Of a DNA stretch of 64,000 bases, positions 1 to 8,769 are shown in pieces. The position numbers and the translations under genes were made by a program. The notes beneath the pieces were generated by a model. The model was not told where the DNA came from, did no database searches, and saw nothing but the letters and a program-made list of their open reading frames with translations. Positions within the stretch are counted from its first letter, which is position 1. Each line of letters begins with the position of its first letter. The stretch lies in contig NZ_JAPSJL010000001.1 in the NCBI RefSeq assembly GCF_031178195.1, positions 263,275 through 327,274 of the forward strand, given 5' to 3'. The DNA comes from Zhihengliuella sp. GTDB taxonomy: Bacteria > Actinomycetota > Actinomycetes > Actinomycetales > Micrococcaceae.

Positions 1-1890
1 GCCCGGCACGAGGTTGCCCATGTTGCGGGCAGTCAACAGGTCGCCGGGGCCGCTGCTCGTGATCAGGTTCGGGACCAGCCGCGAGTCCACGCAGCCGAGG
101 AAGAACGCCCGCGGCTCCTGCCCGGCGGCCAGCCCCCGGTACACGTCCCGCAGCCGCGGCGCCTGCCGGCGGTGGTACTCGCGCACACCCGCGACGAGCG
201 GATGCGCCTCGGCCGGACCGCGCGAGGACCTCAGCCACGAGCCCCACGGGAGCAGCCCGCGCGGGCTGACCGGCGCCGCCTTCCGCGGACGCTCGGCCGG
301 CGAGACGGCGAGCCCCGTCGCGGAGGCGGGCCCGGTAGGACCGCGGCCGGTGCGATCGTGCCCGCCGTGGTGCGCGGCGTCGTCGTGCCCATCGCCGTCC
401 CCGCCGCGCTGCTCGTAGCGGGCCACCCAGTCGGAGAGGTGGTCGCGCGCGGCCGGGTCGAGGTAGTCGACCAGCAGGTCGACCTCCACGACCTGGCCCT
501 CGGGCAGCGCCTGCAGGTGCCGCAGGACCATCGGCATGGCGAGGAACGTCAGGCTGCCGCGGAGGTCGACGAGCCACAGCTCCCGGCCGTCCGGGGCCTC
601 GCCGGCGCGGCGGACGTCCACGGTCAGGCGGAGCACCCGCCACAGGACCAGGGCGACGGCGGCCAGCAGCCCCAGCAGGACGCCCTCGATGAGGTTCAGG
701 AGGAGGACGCCGAGCACCGTGACCGCGTAGATCCAGAGCTCACCGCGCGCCCGGGCCTGCGCGATGTCGCGGCGCCGCACCAGATTCACGCCCATGACGA
801 TCAGGAGCCCGGCCAGGGCGGCAAGGGGGATCTGCTCGATCAGCCCCACCAGGACCAGGGCGAACAGGAGCACCCAGACCCCGTGCAGCACGGCGGAGGC
901 CCGGGTCCGGGCGCCGGCGGCGACGTTGGTGGAGCTGCGGACGATCACGCCCGTCACCGGGAGGCCGCCGAGCAGGCCGGACGCGGAGTTGGACAGGCCC
1001 TGACCCACCAGCTCGCGGTCCAGGTCCGCCCGGCGTCCCTGGTGCAGCTTGTCCACGGCGACGGCGGAGAGCAGGCTCTCGACGCTCGCGATCAACGCGA
1101 TCGTCAGGACCGCGCCGGCCACGGCCAGCGGGGTGCCCTCCGGCAGCGCCACGTTCCCGAGCGCGTCGGAGAGATCGCCGCCGAGGTCCACGCGTTCGGC
1201 GCCGGGCAGCCAGAGGGCGGCGGCGACCGTGACCGCTGCGACGGCCACCAGCTGGCCGGGAACGGCCCTCGCCCGCGCGGGCATGCGCGGCCAGCGCAGG
1301 AGGAGGACGACGACGCCGGCCGCCGAGACGACGGCGTGCGGATTCATCCCGGCGGCGTTCGCGACGGCCGCCTCGACGTTGGCCAGGGGGCTCGACTCCG
1401 AGTTGCCCCCGAGCGCCACATTGAGCTGGCCGAGCACGATCGAGATCCCGATGCCGGCAAGCATCGCACTGACCACGGTGGGCGAGATGGCGAGGGCGTA
1501 CCGTCCCAGGCGCGTGACGCCGAGGACGATCTGCAGGATGCCGGCGGCGGCGGTGATGGCGCAGGTCGCGGCCCAGCCGAACTGGGCGACGACCTCGGCG
1601 ACCACCACCGTGAGGCCGGCGGCCGGCCCGCTCACCTGCAGGACGGATCCGCCGAACAGGCCGGCCACGATCCCGCCGACGACGGCGGCGATCAGACCGG
1701 CGGCCACCGGGGCGCCGGAGGCGACAGCGATGCCGAGCGAGAGTGGGACGGCCACGAGGAACACGACGAGGGACGCCGGCACGTCGAAGCGGGCGTCGTG
1801 GCGGAGCCAGACCCGCCACCCGGGGACGACTCCTGGGTCCTGCGAGCGGGCGCGGGACGTCGCCGGCGGAGAACTGGAGGAAGTGGACAC
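1..1890 (-). CDS. SulP-family anion transporter fused to a C-terminal beta-carbonic anhydrase; 3' end runs off the left window edge
   Basis: Own minus-strand translation (absent from the ORF track because it is open at the edge). GTG at 1890 is preceded by AAGGAG. SulP TM core ..AGLIAAVVGGIVAGLFGGSVLQVSGPAAGLTVVV.., then ..EPRAFFLGCVDSRLVPNLITSSGPGDLLTARNMGNLVPG, the beta-CA C-x-D-S-R zinc-site motif. Confidence 0.85.
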   Translation of the reverse strand, partial: MSTSSSSPPATSRARSQDPGVVPGWRVWLRHDARFDVPASLVVFLVAVPLSLGIAVASGAPVAAGLIAAVVGGIVAGLFGGSVLQVSGPAAGLTVVVAEVVAQFGWAATCAITAAAGILQIVLGVTRLGRYALAISPTVVSAMLAGIGISIVLGQLNVALGGNSESSPLANVEAAVANAAGMNPHAVVSAAGVVVLLLRWPRMPARARAVPGQLVAVAAVTVAAALWLPGAERVDLGGDLSDALGNVALPEGTPLAVAGAVLTIALIASVESLLSAVAVDKLHQGRRADLDRELVGQGLSNSASGLLGGLPVTGVIVRSSTNVAAGARTRASAVLHGVWVLLFALVLVGLIEQIPLAALAGLLIVMGVNLVRRRDIAQARARGELWIYAVTVLGVLLLNLIEGVLLGLLAAVALVLWRVLRLTVDVRRAGEAPDGRELWLVDLRGSLTFLAMPMVLRHLQALPEGQVVEVDLLVDYLDPAARDHLSDWVARYEQRGGDGDGHDDAAHHGGHDRTGRGPTGPASATGLAVSPAERPRKAAPVSPRGLLPWGSWLRSSRGPAEAHPLVAGVREYHRRQAPRLRDVYRGLAAGQEPRAFFLGCVDSRLVPNLITSSGPGDLLTARNMGNLVPG

Positions 1891-2041
1891 GGCTACTCCT
1901 TGGTGCATCTTCGGTGTTGTTTCCCGGGCCCGTCCGGCCCGGCGCCGTCAACGTATTTTTGGAAGATGAGCCGAGAATGAGAAGGAGGCCTTCATGCCTC
2001 GTGTTACGCCTGGTGACCAGGGATTCTGTCCGGAATGACAG

Positions 2042-2081
2042 GGAATTAGAACCCAGAGAATTAACAGGGACAGGTAATTCC
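2042..2081. promoter_or_regulatory. Inverted repeat GGAATTA-n26-TAATTCC in the AT-richer region upstream of the SulP/CA gene
   Basis: Perfect 7-bp arms at 2042-2048 and 2075-2081. Extra GGAAT / GACAGGGA repeats nearby. Lies 150-190 nt upstream of the start at 1890. Confidence 0.3.
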
Positions 2082-2177
2082 GTTCATGACCGGAAAATTA
2101 CGTGCCGAATAAACTAACGGGCCGCTCTGGGGCGAGTGAGGATTCTGCACGCCGGAGGAGACGCGCTGCGCTCGGCG

Positions 2178-2915
2178 TCAGCGGCTCGAGTCGGCCACCT
2201 GATCGTGGAACCAGACGATGTGCTCGGCGACCAGCCGGGCGGCGTCTGACCGGCGCCCGTCGGAGACCGCCCCGAGGATCTCCCGGTGTTGCGCGCGCAG
2301 CGTGCCGACCACACGGTCCCAGTCGGCCTCACTGTTGATCGACTCGGCCACGTAGTCGCGGATGGACAGGCGCAGAGACTCCATCATCGCCTCGATCACG
2401 GCATTGCCGGCCAACGAGGTCAGGAGCACGTGGAACCGCGAGTCGAGGTCGTGGAACTCGCTGCGCGGCGTCGCGGGGTCCTCCATGGCCCGCAGGAGCT
2501 CCGCCGCCTCGTCGAGGACCGAGCGGCTCCGCTCCGGATCGGCCTCGAGGTCTGTTGCCCCCGCGGCCCATGACTCCAGCAGGATGCGGGTCTGTACGAT
2601 CTCCTCGACCTGGAGCTGGCGCGTGGCGACGTGCATCCGCAACGCGGCGGCGAGCCCGGCCGCCGGACGCGACACGACGACGGCGCCGGACCTGGGGCCG
2701 GAACCGGTGGCGGTCCGGACGACGCCGAGCACGTCGAGGATCCGGATGGCGTCCCGGACCGACGCCCGCGAGAGGCCATGCATCTCGGCCAGGGCGCGCT
2801 CTCCCGGGAGCTGGTCGCCCAGCTTCAGCGCGCCCGAGCGCAGTTCCGCCTCGATGGCCTCGAGCACGGCCTCGTAGGCCCGCGGGCTGGAGGGCTTGGG
2901 GGGCTGGCTGTTCAC
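2178..2915 (-). CDS. lldR: GntR/FadR-subfamily transcriptional regulator, LldR-like
   Basis: N-terminal winged HTH (LPGERALAEMHGLSRASVRDAIRILDVLGVV) and C-terminal FCD-type helical domain. Directly downstream of the lactate permease. TGGTCTGACCA operators lie in the adjacent divergent region. Confidence 0.8.
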   Translation of the reverse strand: MNSQPPKPSSPRAYEAVLEAIEAELRSGALKLGDQLPGERALAEMHGLSRASVRDAIRILDVLGVVRTATGSGPRSGAVVVSRPAAGLAAALRMHVATRQLQVEEIVQTRILLESWAAGATDLEADPERSRSVLDEAAELLRAMEDPATPRSEFHDLDSRFHVLLTSLAGNAVIEAMMESLRLSIRDYVAESINSEADWDRVVGTLRAQHREILGAVSDGRRSDAARLVAEHIVWFHDQVADSSR

Positions 2916-3021
2916 CGATTAATCCTCGCACACGGACGAGGGAGCGCGCCCGGAACCCGCGCACCCCCCTCCCCTCGTTGCGTGCCGACGGCTTCACCTG
3001 CCGCGGCAGGCGTGCGTGCGT

Positions 3022-4821
3022 TCAGCCTACCGAGGACCGGCCTGTCGGCTGCGGGGCAACCAGCCGCGGCCGCTGCTTCAGCATCCACCGGATCGCCACG
3101 GCGATGCCGGCCAACAGGAGGACCAGCATGGCCGTCGCGAGGTTCAGCCCCAGCCCGTGGATGATCAAGAGTGCGAGCGTTCCCGCGGCCAGGCAGTAGT
3201 AGATCGTCACGATGACGGTCTTGCGCAGCAGGTCGCCCTCACGGCCCAGCATCCCAACGGTGGCGGACGCGGCGACGATGTTGTGGATGGAGATCGGATT
3301 GCCACCCGCACCGCCCACGGCCTGCGCGGCGACGACGGTCTCCGGCGGGACGCCGATCTGGGCCCCGGTGGAGAACTGGAACTGAGAGAAGGTCAAGTTG
3401 GACACGGTGTTGGAGCCCGCGACGAAAGCGCCGAGGGCACCGACCCAGGGGGCGATCGCGGGCCAGGAACCGCCGGAGACCGCGGCGGCGGCCTCGGCCA
3501 ACGTGACGGGCATGCTGGAGAGGCCGGACGCATTGAGCTCCGGGCCGGACTGGATGAGGATTCGGACCAGCGGCAGCGCGAACAGGAGCGCAACGGCGGT
3601 GCCGAAGAGCTGCCCCGCGGAGACCTTGAAGGCGCGAGCGATCTGTTCCCGGTTCATGCGGTGCAGCACGAAGCCGAACACCGCGGCGAGGATGAGCATG
3701 AAGCCCGGAAGGTAGAACGGCTGCACAGTCGTACTGATGCCCGTCCCCAGGATGTCCTCGACGGGGATGGCGAGCCCGACGAGGAACTCCTTGAGATCCG
3801 GAATGACGCGGGAGGCAACGAGCAGCACGCCCATCAGAACGTAGGGCGCCCAGGCGCGGAGCGTGCTCATCCCGGACAGGTCGGCGGCCTTCGCCGGTTC
3901 CAGCGTTCCGGTCCAGCGCGCCTCCCAGCCCGAGGCGGGGCCGAAATCGAAGGTGTCCCGGGGCATCAGGAACCCGCGGCTGGAGGTGTACATCACGATC
4001 ACCAGGCCCAGGAGGCCGCCGAAGAGCGAGGGGAACTCCGGCCCGAGGAACTTCGCGGTCAGCACCGAAGGGATAGTCATTGCGACGGATGCATAGAGGG
4101 CGAACGGCCAGATGGCCAGGCCGTCGCGGAAGCGCCGCTCCGGACCGAAGAAGCCGGTGAGCATGCAGACGAGCAGCAGCGGGATGAGCAGGCCGACGAC
4201 GGCGTGGATCGCGGCGACCTGGAAGCCGATCGCGTTCACGAATTCGGGCATGGTCAGGCCGAGCACCTCGACGCGCTCCGCGACGGCGGGATCGCCCCCG
4301 AGTCCCTGGTTGACGCCGATCAGGATGGGCGTGCCCACGGCCCCGAAACTGACGGGGGTGCTCTGCACGATCAGACCCACCATCACGGCGGCCATGGCCG
4401 GGAAGCCCATCGCCAGGAGCAGCGGTGCGACGACGGCGGCGGTTGTCCCGAAGCCGGAGGCTCCCTCGATGAAGCTTCCGAACAGCCAGCCGATGATGAT
4501 GGCCTGGACGCGGCGGTCCGGGGAGATGTTGTTGAATCCGGCGCGGATCGTGGACATCGCACCGCCGACGGTCAACGTCGAGAGCAGCAGCAGGGCGCCG
4601 AACACGATGTAGAGCATGGTCCCGGCGACCACGAGCCCCTCGAGCGAGGCGGCCACGATGCCGGAGAAGTCCATCCTCCACACCAGCATCGCCACGACGA
4701 TGGCGACGACGTAGCCGACGGGCATGGCGTATTTCGCCGGCCAACGGAGGCCGGCGAGGAGCACGCCGACCACCAGGATCGGCGCGAGCGCCAGGAGCGC
4801 GAGTACAGCCAGGTTGTCCAT
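3022..4821 (-). CDS. lldP: L-lactate permease (LctP family)
   Basis: [69 protein letters not shown] is typical LctP. I chose the ATG at 4821 (residue 29 of the track ORF 3022..4905). Confidence 0.9.
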   Translation of the reverse strand: MDNLAVLALLALAPILVVGVLLAGLRWPAKYAMPVGYVVAIVVAMLVWRMDFSGIVAASLEGLVVAGTMLYIVFGALLLLSTLTVGGAMSTIRAGFNNISPDRRVQAIIIGWLFGSFIEGASGFGTTAAVVAPLLLAMGFPAMAAVMVGLIVQSTPVSFGAVGTPILIGVNQGLGGDPAVAERVEVLGLTMPEFVNAIGFQVAAIHAVVGLLIPLLLVCMLTGFFGPERRFRDGLAIWPFALYASVAMTIPSVLTAKFLGPEFPSLFGGLLGLVIVMYTSSRGFLMPRDTFDFGPASGWEARWTGTLEPAKAADLSGMSTLRAWAPYVLMGVLLVASRVIPDLKEFLVGLAIPVEDILGTGISTTVQPFYLPGFMLILAAVFGFVLHRMNREQIARAFKVSAGQLFGTAVALLFALPLVRILIQSGPELNASGLSSMPVTLAEAAAAVSGGSWPAIAPWVGALGAFVAGSNTVSNLTFSQFQFSTGAQIGVPPETVVAAQAVGGAGGNPISIHNIVAASATVGMLGREGDLLRKTVIVTIYYCLAAGTLALLIIHGLGLNLATAMLVLLLAGIAVAIRWMLKQRPRLVAPQPTGRSSVG

Positions 4822-4825
4822 ATCT

Positions 4826-4843
4826 CTGGTCCTCTCTGACCAG
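4826..4843. promoter_or_regulatory. Inverted repeat CTGGTC-n6-GACCAG next to the lldP start (LldR-type operator variant)
   Basis: Read directly: ctggtcctctctgaccag. Confidence 0.5.
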
Positions 4844-4893
4844 TCCCGCGCTGCGAGGGGGTCCCGCGAGGTCGCGCCGAGACGGCGAAGGTA

Positions 4894-4918
4894 TGGTCTG
4901 ACCACAATGGTCCGACCA
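4894..4918. promoter_or_regulatory. Two adjacent LldR-type operators, TGGTCTGACCA and TGGTCCGACCA
   Basis: tggtctgacca at 4894-4904 and tggtccgacca at 4908-4918. Both fit the FadR-subfamily TNGTNNNACNA pattern. Confidence 0.7.
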
Positions 4919-5005
4919 CAGAAGCATAACCCAGGACGTGAGGCACGTCACCCCCGGACGGCGCCCGGTGGAGTGGTGGACGCCACTGCAGAAGCGTGCC
5001 TACTA

Positions 5006-5016
5006 TGGTCTGACCA
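5006..5016. promoter_or_regulatory. LldR-type operator TGGTCTGACCA, 20 nt upstream of lutA
   Basis: Exact third copy of tggtctgacca. Confidence 0.7.
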
Positions 5017-5036
5017 CATACCGAGAGAAGCCCTCC

Positions 5037-5885
5037 ATGCGAATCGCCCTCTTCGCCACGTGCATCGTGGACGCCATGTACCCGCGCGTCGCCCGCGCCA
5101 CGGTGCGGATCCTCGAGCGCCTCGGCCACCACGTCGTCTTCCCGTCCGGCCAGGCCTGCTGCGGCCAGATGCACACGAACTCGGGATACTTCGACGCCGC
5201 CACCAAGGTGGTCGCCAACCACGTCCGCGCCTTCGAGGCCGACGAGTACGACGTCGTGGTGGCGCCCTCCGGGTCCTGCGTCGCCTCGGTGAAGCACCAG
5301 CACCCCATGCTGGCCGAGCGCAGCGGCGACGCCGGGCTCAAGACCCGCGCCGAGACGATCGGCGCCAAGACGTACGAGCTCTCCCAGCTCCTCGTCGACG
5401 TGCTCGGCGTGACCGACGCCGCCGCGCAGCTCGGCAGCCACTTCCCGCACACGGTCACCTACCATCCCTCGTGCCACGGCATGCGCCTGCTGCGCCTCGG
5501 CGACCGCCAGCTGAACCTGCTGAGGACGGTCGGCGGGATCGACGTCGTCGAACTCCCCGAGGCAGACCAGTGCTGCGGCTTCGGCGGCACGTTCGCGATG
5601 AAGAACTCCGAGGTCTCCAGCGCCATGCTCGAAGACAAGGCCCGGAACATCTGCTCCACGGGCGCCTCCCTCTGCTCGGGCGGCGACGCGTCCTGCCTCC
5701 TGCATATCGGCGGCGGCCTGTCCCGCTCCGGCGCGGCCGCCGGCACGCTGCACTTCGCGGAGATCCTCGCCAGCACGCTCGAGGATCCGGCCCGGCTGCC
5801 GGACTCGAGTGGCACGACGGCGGGCACGGGCACCCCCACGACCACCGGCACGGCGACCGGGACGACGACGGGAGCGACACGATGA
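5037..5885 (+). CDS. lutA: L-lactate utilisation protein LutA (CCG-domain Fe-S oxidoreductase)
   Basis: MRIALFATCIVDAMYPRVARATVRILERLGHHVVFPSGQACCGQMH.. and a second CCG motif ADQCCGFGGTF. The stop overlaps the lutB ATG. Confidence 0.9.
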   Translation: MRIALFATCIVDAMYPRVARATVRILERLGHHVVFPSGQACCGQMHTNSGYFDAATKVVANHVRAFEADEYDVVVAPSGSCVASVKHQHPMLAERSGDAGLKTRAETIGAKTYELSQLLVDVLGVTDAAAQLGSHFPHTVTYHPSCHGMRLLRLGDRQLNLLRTVGGIDVVELPEADQCCGFGGTFAMKNSEVSSAMLEDKARNICSTGASLCSGGDASCLLHIGGGLSRSGAAAGTLHFAEILASTLEDPARLPDSSGTTAGTGTPTTTGTATGTTTGATR

Positions 5886-7357
5886 GCACCACCTTCGTCG
5901 GGATGCCGGGCGTCCCCGGCCGCGGCAACCTGCACGCCGAGCTCCCCTTCCCGAAGGCGGCCAGGGCGGAGCTGACCAACCCGCAGCTGCGCGCCAACCT
6001 GCGCCACGCCACCCACACCATCCGCGACAAGCGGCTCCGCGTGGTCGGCGAGCTGCCGGACTGGGAGGATCTGCGCCAGGCCGGCGCCGACACCAAGAAC
6101 GCCGCCATGGCGAACCTGCCGGCCCTGCTGGAGGAGTTCGAGCGGAACTTCACGGCCCGCGGCGGCACCGTCCATTGGGCGCGCGACGCGGACGAGGCCA
6201 ACCGGATCGTCACCGATCTGGTCCGCGCCACCGGCTCGCCGGAGGTCGTGAAGGTCAAGTCCATGGCCACCCAGGAGATCGGCCTCAACGAGCACCTCGA
6301 GGAGCAGGGGATCCCCGCCTTCGAGACGGACCTCGCCGAGCTGATCGTCCAGTTGGGCCACGACAAGCCCAGCCACATCCTCGTCCCCGCGATCCACCGG
6401 AACCGGACCGAGGTCCGCGACATCTTCCTGCGCGAGATGCCCGACGTCGACCCCGCCCTGACGGACAACCCGGCCGAACTCGCCATGGCCGCCCGCGCGC
6501 ACCTGCGCCGGAAGTTCCTCTCGGCGCGCGTGGCGGTCTCCGGCGCCAACTTCGCGCTCGCGGACACGGGCACGCTCGGCGTCGTCGAGTCGGAGGGCAA
6601 CGGCCGCATGTGCGTCACGCTGCCGGAGACGCTGATCACGGTCATGGGCATCGAGAAGGTCCTGCCCACCGCGCAGGACCTGGAGGTGTTCATGCAGCTG
6701 CTGCCACGCTCGTCCACCGGTGAGCGCATGAACCCCTACACGTCCCTGTGGACGGGGGCGACCGCCGACGACGGGCCGCAGGACGTACACATCGTCCTGC
6801 TGGACAACGGCCGCACCAACGCACTTGCCGACCGGTACGGCCGCACCGCCCTGAACTGCATCCGCTGCTCCGCCTGCATGAATGTGTGCCCGGTGTACGA
6901 GCGGACCGGCGGCCACGCCTACGGCTCCACCTACCCGGGGCCCATCGGCGCGATCCTCTCGCCGCTGATGACCGGGATCGAGGCCGAGGACAACGGCTCG
7001 CTGCCCTACGCCTCCAGCCTCTGCGGCGCCTGCTACGACGCCTGCCCGGTCAAGATCGACATCCCCGAGATCCTGGTGCACCTGCGCGGCGAGGACGTCA
7101 AGGCCCAGCACGCGCACCGGAGGATGCCCACCGAGATGGACCTGCTGATGAAGGGCGCCGAGATGGTGCTGAGCTCCGGCCGGATGCTGGCGCTGGCGGA
7201 GAAGGGGCTGCCCCTGGGACGCCTGCTGGCCGGACGGGACAAGAAGATCAAGAAGCTGCCGGGCAAGCTCGCCGGCGGCTGGACGGCGTCGCGGGACATC
7301 CCGGCGCCCCCGGCGCAGTCGTTCCGCGACTGGTGGAAGAAGGAGGGCCGCGCATGA
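5882..7357 (+). CDS. lutB: L-lactate utilisation protein LutB (4Fe-4S cluster-binding)
   Basis: ATG at 5882 inside track ORF 4724..7357. LUD domain plus CIRCSACMNVCPVY and CGACYDACPV ferredoxin motifs. Confidence 0.9.
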   Translation: MSTTFVGMPGVPGRGNLHAELPFPKAARAELTNPQLRANLRHATHTIRDKRLRVVGELPDWEDLRQAGADTKNAAMANLPALLEEFERNFTARGGTVHWARDADEANRIVTDLVRATGSPEVVKVKSMATQEIGLNEHLEEQGIPAFETDLAELIVQLGHDKPSHILVPAIHRNRTEVRDIFLREMPDVDPALTDNPAELAMAARAHLRRKFLSARVAVSGANFALADTGTLGVVESEGNGRMCVTLPETLITVMGIEKVLPTAQDLEVFMQLLPRSSTGERMNPYTSLWTGATADDGPQDVHIVLLDNGRTNALADRYGRTALNCIRCSACMNVCPVYERTGGHAYGSTYPGPIGAILSPLMTGIEAEDNGSLPYASSLCGACYDACPVKIDIPEILVHLRGEDVKAQHAHRRMPTEMDLLMKGAEMVLSSGRMLALAEKGLPLGRLLAGRDKKIKKLPGKLAGGWTASRDIPAPPAQSFRDWWKKEGRA

Positions 7358-7995
7358 GCGCGCGCGAGGAGATCCTGGGCCGCATCCATGCGGCGCTCGC
7401 GGACGCCCCGGTGGCGCCGACCGTGCAGCGGACCTACCGGCGCGAGGCCGACCTGACGGGCGAGGAACTCGTCGAGATGCTCGTCGACCGGCTCGTGGAC
7501 TACAAGGCGAACGTCGACGTCGTCGTCTCCGCCGACCTCCCCGCGGCGCTCGAGCGGCGGCTCGCCGCCGCCGAGTCCTACGTGGTCCCGCCCGGGCTGG
7601 CGGAGTCGCCGTGGTGGGGCACGCCGGCGCTGGCGGCCGACCCCCGCCGGGTGGTGGACGCGGTGCCCGCGCCGCTGTCCGTGACGGACCTGGACACGAC
7701 GTCGGCCGTGGTCACGTCCTCGGCGGTGTCCGTCGCGGAGTCGGGGACCATCATCCTCGACGGCTCGGCGGAGATGGGCCGCCGCGCGATCTCGCTGGTG
7801 CCGGACCACCACGTGTGCGTGGTGCCGGCGTCGACGATCGTGCAGCTGCTGCCCGAGGCGCTTCCGCGCCTGGACATCACCCGCCCGCAGACCTGGATCT
7901 CCGGGCCGAGCGCCACCAGCGACATCGAGCTGGAGCGCGTCGAGGGCGTGCACGGACCGCGCGACCTCGACGTCGTCATCGTCACCGACCTGTAG
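7354..7995 (+). CDS. lutC: L-lactate utilisation protein LutC (LUD domain)
   Basis: MSAREEILGRIHAALADAP.. The ATGA overlap with lutB suggests translational coupling. Confidence 0.85.
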   Translation: MSAREEILGRIHAALADAPVAPTVQRTYRREADLTGEELVEMLVDRLVDYKANVDVVVSADLPAALERRLAAAESYVVPPGLAESPWWGTPALAADPRRVVDAVPAPLSVTDLDTTSAVVTSSAVSVAESGTIILDGSAEMGRRAISLVPDHHVCVVPASTIVQLLPEALPRLDITRPQTWISGPSATSDIELERVEGVHGPRDLDVVIVTDL

Positions 7996-8035
7996 CCCGC
8001 CGGTCCCGCGCCGCCTTCGGGGCAGCGAGCGTCGG

Positions 8036-8112
8036 CGAACCGTCGTTTCGAGGGACGGTTGGGGCGTCCGGTCCCCCGAAACGACGGTTCGACGCCCCGG
8101 TCCTCCGGGGGC
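8036..8112. repeat. Nested inverted repeats downstream of lutC (A-B-A'-B' arrangement plus a terminal small hairpin)
   Basis: A = cgaaccgtcgtttcg (8036-8050) pairs with A' = cgaaacgacggttcg (8077-8091), 15/15. ggggcgtc, inside the A loop, pairs with gacgcccc just after A'. ccccgg-tcct-ccgggg follows. Confidence 0.5.
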
Positions 8113-8171
8113 GCACTGCGCCGGAGACCAGCAGGTCGGAAAGGGCCCGCCCCCCGGCCCCGCCCCGCGAG

Positions 8172-8199
8172 TTGAAACGTCTCAAAATGCGAGTAGACT
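8172..8199 (+). promoter_or_regulatory. Sigma-70-like promoter candidate (TTGAAA-n16-TAGACT); the -35 lies within the near-palindrome TTGAAACGTCTCAA
   Basis: Read directly. About 200 nt upstream of rhaM. Confidence 0.35.
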
Positions 8200-8342
8200 G
8201 GACCGCGATCACAGGAGACTGAGGTCACAGGTCCACGTGAGGCCGGTCAACCGGGTATCGGTTCGGGCGGGAGTCCCGCCGGCACCCGCCTCGCCCCGGG
8301 CGGACCGACCCGCCACCACATGGACCCCGTGCATTCGAATCA

Positions 8343-8354
8343 TGAAACGATTCA
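8343..8354 (+). promoter_or_regulatory. LacI-type (RhaR) operator TGAAACGATTCA upstream of rhaM
   Basis: Exact reverse complement of the 12-mer at 21650-21661, so it has the same orientation relative to each operon. Embedded in the 16-bp near-palindrome CATGAAACGATTCATG. Confidence 0.65.
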
Positions 8355-8396
8355 TGCACCGGGGGCCGGCCGTCGAATCCGAACGAGGGAGTTTGC

Positions 8397-8762
8397 ATGG
8401 ACGCCACCAGCGGCACGATCGCCGACCTGGTCGAGCTGGGCCCGGATGTCACCGCCACCCGCGCCTGCTTCCTGCTGCACATCCGGCCCGAGCGGCTGGC
8501 CGAGTACGTCGAGGTCCACCAGCGCGTCTGGCCGCGGATGCTCGACGCGCTCCGCCGCCACGGCTGGCGCAACTACACGCTCTTCCTGCGCGAGGCCGAC
8601 GGCCTGGTGGTCGGCTACTTCGAGGCCGACGACGTCGCGGCGGCCCAGGCCGCCATGGGTGCCGACCCCGTCAACGCCGAGTGGCAGGCCGAGATGGCGC
8701 AGTTCTTCGTCGAGGGCAGCGTCCAGGAGGCGCTGCTCCCCTACTTCCGCCTCCCCGAATAG
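8397..8762 (+). CDS. rhaM: L-rhamnose mutarotase
   Basis: About 120 aa. ..HIRPERLAEYVEVHQRVWPRMLDALRRHGWRNYTLFL.. matches the RhaM/YiiL pattern. Confidence 0.85.
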   Translation: MDATSGTIADLVELGPDVTATRACFLLHIRPERLAEYVEVHQRVWPRMLDALRRHGWRNYTLFLREADGLVVGYFEADDVAAAQAAMGADPVNAEWQAEMAQFFVEGSVQEALLPYFRLPE

Positions 8763-8769
8763 GAACAGC

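Noticed and set aside
172-1980. Long ORFs in the track on the plus strand or in other frames over the SulP gene (172..1980, 740..1951, 1049..1969)
   Set aside because: Arg/Gly/Asp/His- or Ala/Thr/Pro-rich junk translations, typical of off-frame reading in 70% GC DNA. The minus-strand frame ending at 1890 gives a clean SulP plus beta-CA protein.
1994-2038. 14-codon ORF (MPRVTPGDQGFCPE) preceded by a perfect GAAGGAGG SD in the SulP upstream region
   Set aside because: No promoter evidence, non-host codon usage, and it lies inside a probable regulatory region for the divergent gene. Most likely a chance SD-like string.
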